A stretch of DNA of 32,235 nucleotides from Patescibacteria group bacterium (lineage in GTDB: Archaea; Thermoproteota; Bathyarchaeia; TCS64). This document shows positions 26,095 to 32,235 of the stretch, in pieces. A program made the translations under genes and the position numbers. Position 1 is the first letter of the stretch; every line of letters begins with the position of its first letter. Location of the stretch: the NCBI GenBank assembly GCA_035527235.1, contig DATLAV010000219.1:1-32235 (forward strand), read 5' to 3'. Under the pieces are notes generated by a model. It saw nothing but the letters and a program-made list of their open reading frames with translations. It was not told the DNA's origin and searched no databases.

Positions 26095-26514
26095 TTAAGT
26101 GAGGGACAGAGCTGCATCCCTGGCGATCTTGACAGCATTTCCGGAGCCGAACGGCATCTCGTTGGAGGCCTGGGTGTAGAGCACCAGCTCCAGCACCGGC
26201 TCTCCCCTCATCTCCGCCACGAGGGACGAGACATACTCGAGGGCGAGTACTCCCTCCCCGGCGCCGGTGATAGTGATGGCGACCTGCTTCCCGTCGAAGG
26301 TCTCTAGCCGCTCCAGGTAGGCGGTGAGGGGCGGAGACGGCATCCTAGCGTAGATGGGTGCCCCGATGGCCACGAGGCTGTAGCTGGAGAGGTCTGTGGG
26401 GGTCTGCCTGCTTGCGGTCGTCATCTCCACGTGCCACCCGGACTCCGCGAGACCCTCCGCGAAGGACCTAGAGATTCGGGCCTGGAAGTCGCTGATTCCA
26501 GCGTCGTAGATCAC
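26095..26514 (-). CDS. Flavodoxin-like fold protein (Flavodoxin_5-like)
   Basis: The 139-aa ORF starts at GTG and reads ...YSLVAIGAPIYARMPSPPLTAYLERLETFDGKQVAITITGAGEG... The first beta-strand looks clipped (MIYDAG). See 26511..26654 for the probable missing N-terminus. Confidence 0.6.
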   Translation of the reverse strand: MIYDAGISDFQARISRSFAEGLAESGWHVEMTTASRQTPTDLSSYSLVAIGAPIYARMPSPPLTAYLERLETFDGKQVAITITGAGEGVLALEYVSSLVAEMRGEPVLELVLYTQASNEMPFGSGNAVKIARDAALSLT

Positions 26515-26654
26515 GAGGCCTTGGGGCCACTGCTCTCCGGGTTGATCGCCGTTACCTGGGAGACCTCCGCCCGGGTCATCAGGAGCACCAGCACGCCCGG
26601 GGTCACTATGATGACGGTGACGATGGCGACGATTACCGTGTAAAACGCTCTCAT
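26511..26654 (-). CDS. 47-codon TM-helix ORF overlapping the flavodoxin-like ORF by GTGA; probably its frameshifted N-terminal anchor
   Basis: Starting at ATG 26654, the ORF reads MRAFYTVIVAIVTVIIVTPGVLVLLMTRAEVSQVTAINPESSGPKAS*. Its TGA (26513-26511) overlaps GTG (26514-26512). A TATA-like AAGTTATAGAATCATTTTTC lies upstream. One extra base would give ...SSGPKALVIYDAG... Confidence 0.4.
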   Translation of the reverse strand: MRAFYTVIVAIVTVIIVTPGVLVLLMTRAEVSQVTAINPESSGPKAS

Positions 26655-26741
26655 TGAGATCAAAACGAGAGATCAGATCTTATTTGAAAAATGATTCTAT
26701 AACTTGAAGAACCACATATACGCAGTTGAAGGATGTACCTG

Positions 26742-29700
26742 TTATGAAGGCCATTCTTTACCCGAAGCAGTGGTGTCAGCCGTCTGGTTCCTGCTGAGGC
26801 TAGATTCACGTGAGTTTGCCACACCCAACCGCTGTATGGGAAGCTCAGGCGCTTTCCTGAGGGGAAGTTTAACGGTGAACGTCGTCCCTTCACCCAACTT
26901 CGTGTCAACTGATATAGTGCCCCTGTGGGCGTTGATGGCACGCCTGCAGAAGGCCAACCCGAGCCCCGTCCCCTTATTCTTCGTCGTGACAAAGAGAGTA
27001 AACAACTTGGGAAGCAGCTCTTCGGGTATACCTTCACCCGTGTCGCTGACACTGATCAAAGCATTCTCACCGTCGTTGGAAACTCTGATGGTCAGCCGTC
27101 CACCCTCGGGCATCGCCTCAACAGCGTTCTGCACGAGGTTGTCGAAGACGCGATAGATCTTATTGAGGTCCATGTCGATTTCCAGCTCGTCTATCTCCGA
27201 CTCGAGGGAGACCTCAATATTGTTTGGCAGTATCTTCTCGTTGAGAAGTCTCCTGATGAGGGTCACAACGTCTATCGAAGCCACGCTCATCGGCGTATCC
27301 TTGATGTGGCTCCGAATCTCCTCGAGGAGATCCGAGGCCCTCCTGACCGACCTCTTGATAGTGTCCAGTATGGATTCATACTCTGAGGGCATCCCATCCA
27401 AGAGCCCCAACGCGACATCGATGTTCTGCAGGGGCCCCCGCAGGTCGTGACCCACCATGGAGGCGATGCGTCCTGCCGCGATCAGGCGTTCTCCCTCGAG
27501 GAGCTCCCTGGTCTTTTCCTCCACCAATGCCTCAAGCCTGGTCACCTCCTTTATCCGCGTGAGAGCGGAGGCAGCATGCATAGAGAGGATCTCCACGATG
27601 TTCTTATCCCTCTCCGAGAAAGCGTCCAGTTTATCGCTCTCGATGTTGATGAGGGCGGTAGGAGCCCCATTCACGAATATCGGGACGTCGAGTTCCGATA
27701 GCGACTCGGGCTCTTTTACGTCCCTTGAGGAGATGTAGTATCTACTAATCCTCGTGTCGGGAACGTATTGAATCTCACCGGTATTGAGAGCCCAAACGGT
27801 AATACCCGAGCCGCTCAGAGGGAGCCTGTCGATCATCGTCTTCCCACGCACATATCGATAGTTGAGAAAATCCCCCTCGACCAAGGCGAAGGACATGTAG
27901 TTGTATCCCAGTATCTTCTCGATGGCGTTCAGCGTTGATTTAGCGATCTCCTCCTCAGTCTCAACTTTGGTGAGCCCAACAGCTAGCTTGTGAAGGGCAT
28001 CGAGCTTCGACTCGTACTCCTTTCGCTCGGTGATATCACGGGCATAGGCGAGGGTGGCTTTCTCCCCGTCGATATTTATCACCGATAACACTGACTCGAT
28101 GTCGATCGTGGAACCATCACACCGCTGGAACACTGTCTCGTACTTCTGGGGTTCCTCCTCCCCCCTCTGCCTTCGTAATGTCCGTTCACGGATGTCGTCC
28201 CTCAGCTCGACTGGGAAGAGCTCGGTTATATCCCTCCCGATGAGGTCCGAGGGCTCGTTGTACCCTAGCAACTTGACGAGTTCCTGATTGACGTATGTGA
28301 TCCTTGTGCCCACGTTCACTGAGACGGAATCCAGGGAGCCCTCTATGAAGCTCTTGAACCTCCGCTCTGAATCCCGCAGTCTTTCCAGCTCCGTGAGCCG
28401 GGTCAGTGCGGAGCCTATGTGCTGCGCCAAAATCTCTAGGAGCCTTCTATCGACCTCGCTGAAGGCGTTCAACTTCTGGCTCTCAATGTTGATCACGCCC
28501 TCGACACGGTCACTGACGAAGATTGGCACTGCCAGTTCAGAAAGATTCCGCTTTACCTGGCCTTCCGAATCCGAGAGCCTAACATAGTCTCCATCCAGCC
28601 TTGTATCTAGTACGAGCTGTGAACGCCTCGATTTGATAGCCCTCGCAGTGATACTGGGCGAGTCAAGAGATATATAGGAGCCCACGGGCAACTCGGCTCC
28701 GATGGTCTTCACGTAAAATATCCTGTCACCGACGACTCTCCCGATTCCTCCCCAGTGGAACCCCAAGACACTCTGGATGACGTTGAGAGCGATATCGAAC
28801 GTCTCCTCGGAGCTCCGAGCCTTCATCAGCTGCGTTGAGCTCGTATGGAGAGCCTCTATCTTCGCTTGCGCACTGCGCTCGGAGGCCAATAGCAGTATCT
28901 TGTGAATCGTGGATGCGACGTGGCCAGCTAGAATCTCGAGAATCTTTTGGTCGTCATTGTTAAAGGCATCCAGCTGCTCGCTTTCGAGGTTGATGACGGC
29001 TATAACCTCGTCGTCTACTTTCACTGGGACCACCAGCTCGGATAGGGGCTCGTAGTACCCCTCGACGGGCCCAATGATATAATCCTCATCGAGCCTTATA
29101 TCGGACACGAGCTGCGTCTCACCTGACCTTGCAGCCCGGACTGTGACGCCTTTACCGTCTAGGGGCATCAAGAAGTCCTCGTTCAGGTCGAAGCCCATAG
29201 TATGTATCTCCTTGAGATACCCGTTCTCCAACACACTGAAGTTACCGAGGTGGAAACCGAGGACCTGGGCAACCGCTTCGAAGGTGAGAGCAGCCACTTC
29301 GACGATGGTCGACGCCCCTTGCAGCCTCGATGCGTGCTCGTGCAGCACCTCGAGGCGCCTCTGATAGTTGTGTCGATCGGATATGTCTCTCACGACGGCG
29401 ATGAAGGCCACGGGCTTTCCGTCCTCGCCCTGGATGGTTGAGGCGTTGAGCTCTGCAGGGAAGGTGCTCCCATCCCTCCTCAGGAGGTTGTACTCGACAT
29501 TCCTAACTGATCCTGATTCGTAGGTCTTCTTCGTGTTCTCGATGGCTCTCTCACGGTCAGTTGGGACGATGAGGTCGAGGACGCCATCTAAGCTCCGCAT
29601 CATGGCCTCCTCGTCCTCGTATCCATGAAGGAGGGCTGCCTGCCTATTGGTTGCGAGGATCTTCCCATTCAGGTCGCTCATCGTAATTGCGTCCGGTGAG

Positions 29701-30080
29701 GTCTGCACGATCCTCCGATACTGCTCCTCCTTCTCTCTGAGGGTCTCCTCCGCTTTATGTTTCTCAACGGCCATGCGGACCCTCTTGACAAGCACCTGGA
29801 AGTGGCTTTTTTCGTACTCCTTTTTAAGATAGTCATCGATCCCCGCCTCGAAAGCTGCGGAAGCCACCTCCTCACTGCCCTGACCTGTGTAGAGGATGAA
29901 GGGGAGATCGTGTTCGGATTTAACTTTACGTGCGAAGCTGATCCCATCCATGTCAGACATGACGTAATCAGCAATGATGCAATCTGGCTCCCATTCCAGA
30001 AGCATCTCAAGGGCTCTAACGGGGGAATTCGCCGTCTCCACGACAATGGCTTCATCGATGTTCTGTATATGCTGGTTCAC
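26742..30080 (-). CDS. Hybrid sensor histidine kinase: REC-PAS-GAF-GAF-PAS-GAF-HisKA-HATPase_c
   Basis: The track ORF encodes 1112 aa. The REC domain has phospho-Asp in CIIADYVMSDMDG (D38), with T65 and K86. Approximate domain limits are PAS aa 118-235, GAF 250-395, GAF 415-560, PAS 570-685 and GAF 695-842. The H-box is MVGHDLRGPL, with His878 at 27447-27449. The ATPase motifs are N-box NLVQNAVEAM, G1 DTGEGIP and G2 GTGLGL. The receiver domain actually begins upstream of the track start (see finding at 30078-30167). Confidence 0.9.
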   Translation of the reverse strand: MNQHIQNIDEAIVVETANSPVRALEMLLEWEPDCIIADYVMSDMDGISFARKVKSEHDLPFILYTGQGSEEVASAAFEAGIDDYLKKEYEKSHFQVLVKRVRMAVEKHKAEETLREKEEQYRRIVQTSPDAITMSDLNGKILATNRQAALLHGYEDEEAMMRSLDGVLDLIVPTDRERAIENTKKTYESGSVRNVEYNLLRRDGSTFPAELNASTIQGEDGKPVAFIAVVRDISDRHNYQRRLEVLHEHASRLQGASTIVEVAALTFEAVAQVLGFHLGNFSVLENGYLKEIHTMGFDLNEDFLMPLDGKGVTVRAARSGETQLVSDIRLDEDYIIGPVEGYYEPLSELVVPVKVDDEVIAVINLESEQLDAFNNDDQKILEILAGHVASTIHKILLLASERSAQAKIEALHTSSTQLMKARSSEETFDIALNVIQSVLGFHWGGIGRVVGDRIFYVKTIGAELPVGSYISLDSPSITARAIKSRRSQLVLDTRLDGDYVRLSDSEGQVKRNLSELAVPIFVSDRVEGVINIESQKLNAFSEVDRRLLEILAQHIGSALTRLTELERLRDSERRFKSFIEGSLDSVSVNVGTRITYVNQELVKLLGYNEPSDLIGRDITELFPVELRDDIRERTLRRQRGEEEPQKYETVFQRCDGSTIDIESVLSVINIDGEKATLAYARDITERKEYESKLDALHKLAVGLTKVETEEEIAKSTLNAIEKILGYNYMSFALVEGDFLNYRYVRGKTMIDRLPLSGSGITVWALNTGEIQYVPDTRISRYYISSRDVKEPESLSELDVPIFVNGAPTALINIESDKLDAFSERDKNIVEILSMHAASALTRIKEVTRLEALVEEKTRELLEGERLIAAGRIASMVGHDLRGPLQNIDVALGLLDGMPSEYESILDTIKRSVRRASDLLEEIRSHIKDTPMSVASIDVVTLIRRLLNEKILPNNIEVSLESEIDELEIDMDLNKIYRVFDNLVQNAVEAMPEGGRLTIRVSNDGENALISVSDTGEGIPEELLPKLFTLFVTTKNKGTGLGLAFCRRAINAHRGTISVDTKLGEGTTFTVKLPLRKAPELPIQRLGVANSRESSLSRNQTADTTASGKEWPS

Positions 30081-30160
30081 GAGCTGAAGGAAGATGGGGT
30101 CGTCATCGACGTGAAGAACCTTGATGGACGATGTGATCCCCTCCAGAGCTCTATGACCCT

Positions 30161-30577
30161 CTAATCAACAATTTTCATATCCAGAGCGTCATAGACCGCC
30201 AGCAACAGTTCCTTAGATGTGACCGGCTTCAATAAAATGTCGCTAATATTGAAGCCTAGAAGATCGATGCTCTCCTGGAGGTGCGGATACCCGGTGATCA
30301 TGATAATACTAGTTTCCCCATTCTCATCTCTTACCTGCTTCACGACCTCGTCTCCAAGCATATCTGGCAACTTAATGTCAACGATCAAGAGGTCCTGCGG
30401 CGACTCCTTGAATCTCTGGATCGCCTCCGTCCCATTTGCGGCGATGTCCACGGCGAAGCCCTTTGACTCGAAAAAAATCTTCGATAAATTGAGGAAGTCG
30501 GGATCGTCGTCGACTAGGAGTATCCTTTTGTTCTCCAATTGAACCAGTACTACGATTTTTAGAATAGTTAAAGACAT
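30161..30577 (-). CDS. Single-domain response regulator (CheY-like receiver)
   Basis: The product reads KRILLVDDDPDFLNL...DLLIVDIKLPDMLGDEV...IIMITGY...ILLKPV. The track start, ATG 30577, adds an AT-rich hydrophobic extension. TTG 30538 (MENKRILLVDDD) is 20-25 nt downstream of a TATA-like CTATTCTAAAAATC and is a plausible leaderless start. Confidence 0.85.
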   Translation of the reverse strand: MSLTILKIVVLVQLENKRILLVDDDPDFLNLSKIFFESKGFAVDIAANGTEAIQRFKESPQDLLIVDIKLPDMLGDEVVKQVRDENGETSIIMITGYPHLQESIDLLGFNISDILLKPVTSKELLLAVYDALDMKIVD

Positions 30578-30738
30578 TATGGATTAAGGACTGTATTACG
30601 GGCAAGACAGGCATCAAATTTGTATGCTTTTAAAAAGTAGATATCGTTGTAGACTATCAATAATAAAATCATGTTTTCTTGAAACGTTCGTTTTGATACT
30701 CAGCATAGTTTAAAGGAGATAAATCTAGAATTTAGACG

Positions 30739-31461
30739 ATGAAGATCGCAGTCTTCTCGGACATACACTCAAACCGCCACGCTCTGCAGACCGTCTTGGA
30801 AACCATCGAAAAAGAGAGTGTGGACGTAGTTGCATGCGCGGGCGACCTCGTGGGCTACGGCCCCCATCCCAACGAGGTCATCGACGAGATCAAGCGCAGA
30901 GGGTTCCCAACCATCATGGGAAACTACGATGAAGGCGTCGGCTTCGACAGGGACGACTGCGGTTGCGCCTACAGTACCCCCGTCGAGGTGGAGACCGGCC
31001 GCGCATCCCTTCAGTGGACGAAGGCCGAGGTGACCGCAGACAACAAGGCGTTCCTCCGGAGCCTGCCCAGCCAGGTCCTCTGGGAGCGAGAGGATGAGAG
31101 AATCCTGATGGTGCACGGCAGCCCCAGGAGGATCAACGAGTACCTCTACGAGGACCGGAGGACCGACACCATCGAGCGCATGCTTAAGCCCCTCGACATC
31201 GACGCGTTGATCATGGGCCACACCCACCTCCCGTACCACCGGATCGTCGACGGTGTCCACTTGATCAACGACGGGAGCGTGGGCAGGCCCAAGGACGGCG
31301 ACACACGAGCTTGCTACGCTGTAATAGACACCGGGGACGATTACAGGGTCGAGTTCAGGAGGGTGCCCTACCCGGTCGAGGAGGTGGCCGAGGCGATGAA
31401 CGAGAGGGGGCTGCCCAGATGGCTCTCGGAGTATCTCAGGTACGCCGGTAAGATGCCATAA
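30739..31461 (+). CDS. Metallophosphoesterase (calcineurin-like, YfcE/MJ0936-type)
   Basis: The 240-aa product has MKIAVFSDIHSN, ACAGDLVGYGP, GNYD, MVHGSP and MGHTHLP, which is the full metallophosphoesterase motif set. Confidence 0.85.
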   Translation: MKIAVFSDIHSNRHALQTVLETIEKESVDVVACAGDLVGYGPHPNEVIDEIKRRGFPTIMGNYDEGVGFDRDDCGCAYSTPVEVETGRASLQWTKAEVTADNKAFLRSLPSQVLWEREDERILMVHGSPRRINEYLYEDRRTDTIERMLKPLDIDALIMGHTHLPYHRIVDGVHLINDGSVGRPKDGDTRACYAVIDTGDDYRVEFRRVPYPVEEVAEAMNERGLPRWLSEYLRYAGKMP

Positions 31462-31641
31462 CGAAAAGGGAAGACACCGTACCTAAATTCACGATTGGAC
31501 GATCAGCATTAGAATCGTTGAAAGCTCAACAAGTCAACTCAAGTAACCGGTTATTATATAGCGATCACTTGGATGCTCATTCTTCAGAGCATTTCCATCT
31601 TTTATTTTCGAATTATAATCAATATCAAAGATTCGTCCTGC

Positions 31642-32235
31642 ATGCCAATCGTCGCAGTCGTCATCCCGACATTGAACGAGTCGGGAACAATAGGAACTCT
31701 CGTTGAGGGTCTTCTTGCACACAGAGAGCATTTTCAGATGGAGATCATCGTGATGGATGACGGAAGCACGGACGGCACGATGGAATCCATCCAAACTCTG
31801 AACAAGAGACATGGGGGCATCACACTCATCGAACGGGGAAAGAAGCTCGGCTTCGGCACCGCCATCAGGGACGGCCTCAGTTATGCCTTGAACAGCCAAC
31901 CATTCCAAGACTGCGTGGTGACGATGGACGCCGACCTATCCCACGACCCTGAAGACCTCCCATCGCTTGTCAGAGCATGCTCCCAGGACACGCTGGTCAT
32001 CGGCAGCAGGTACGTCCAAGGAGAGAAGAGACATGGCTGGAGCCCATACACGAAGGTGATCTCATGGGGGGCCAAGCTGCTCGCCAGAGCCTTCACAGAT
32101 GTATCAGCAAGGGACTGCACCTAAGGCTACAGATTCTATGGCGCAAACTCGGTCGCTGAGGTCCTTCAAGACCTCAACAGCATGGGGTACGACATCCAGC
32201 TCGAGGACTTGTCCAGGATAGCCACCAGGGGCTTC
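31642..32235 (+). pseudogene. GT2 glycosyltransferase (dolichyl-phosphate mannose/glucose synthase-like) with an in-frame TAA at 32122-32124; continues past the right edge
   Basis: The reading is MPIVAVVIPTLNESGTIGTLVEGL...IIVMDDGSTDGT...VVTMDADLSHDPEDLPSLV...IGSRYV...RDCT*GYRFYGANSVAEVLQDLNSMGYDIQLEDLSRIATRGF. The sequence after the stop stays in the same frame and continues the family pattern (D.tSGfR.y). The track start 31573 adds AT-rich promoter sequence. ATG 31642 follows a TATA-like AATTATAATCAATATC. Confidence 0.75.

Noticed and set aside
29678-30164. ORFs 29678..30055(-) and 29757..30164(+)
   Set aside because: Both overlap the receiver domain of the histidine kinase in other frames and have no motifs.
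30769-31260. 163-aa minus-strand ORF
   Set aside because: It is antisense to the metallophosphoesterase, which has the complete motif set on the plus strand.
1-32235. Search for CRISPR arrays, tRNA/rRNA genes, IS elements and integrases
   Set aside because: I found no regularly spaced direct repeats. I found no T-arm/GTTCRA-type tRNA signatures in the spacers. No transposase- or integrase-like ORF appears on either strand.

Overview
This is an archaeal chromosomal segment. The evidence is a ribosomal protein eL33/L35Ae gene, AT-rich TATA-like spacers in front of leaderless or short-leader genes, and GC3-rich coding sequence with AGG/AGA/ATA codon usage. I support about 30 protein genes. Left to right they are: a membrane-anchored serine hydrolase (runs off the left edge, not in the ORF track), an AEC-family transporter, an AT-rich island, a ComEC-type MBL hydrolase with an SH3-like N-terminus, a large esterase-like alpha/beta hydrolase, a 103-aa conserved small protein and a 966-aa FtsX-type permease. 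The island holds a zinc-ribbon ORF, an RHS/YD core remnant and a small wHTH regulator. Next come aldo/keto reductase 1, a PD-(D/E)XK-like protein in an operon with rpl35ae, a second wHTH gene, a small 4-TM protein, a membrane-anchored serpin, an Asp/Glu/hydantoin racemase and a VOC/glyoxalase protein. These are followed by MFS transporter 1, a type-I periplasmic-binding-protein-like SBP, a GNAT acetyltransferase, a DinB-family protein, a desuccinylase/aspartoacylase remnant, a GH1 beta-glycosidase, MFS transporter 2 (a paralog of 1) and aldo/keto reductase 2. The right end holds a DUF3795 Cys-rich protein, a CDP-alcohol phosphatidyltransferase, a flavodoxin-like protein, a REC-PAS-GAF-GAF-PAS-GAF hybrid histidine kinase with a single-domain response regulator, a metallophosphoesterase and a GT2 Dpm1-like glycosyltransferase (runs off the right edge). 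I saw no rRNA, tRNA, CRISPR array, transposase or integrase. The main result of the hunt is not a clean new multi-gene system but a very high density of interrupted or remnant genes. There are four frameshifts, each repairable by adding one base in a short G/C run, and two in-frame stops. There are also two gene remnants and a kinase whose receiver domain starts upstream of any canonical start codon. The most accessory-looking stretch is the AT-rich island at 2207-3834 next to the unusual SH3-MBL gene. All functional calls come from motif recognition by eye; no database search was run.
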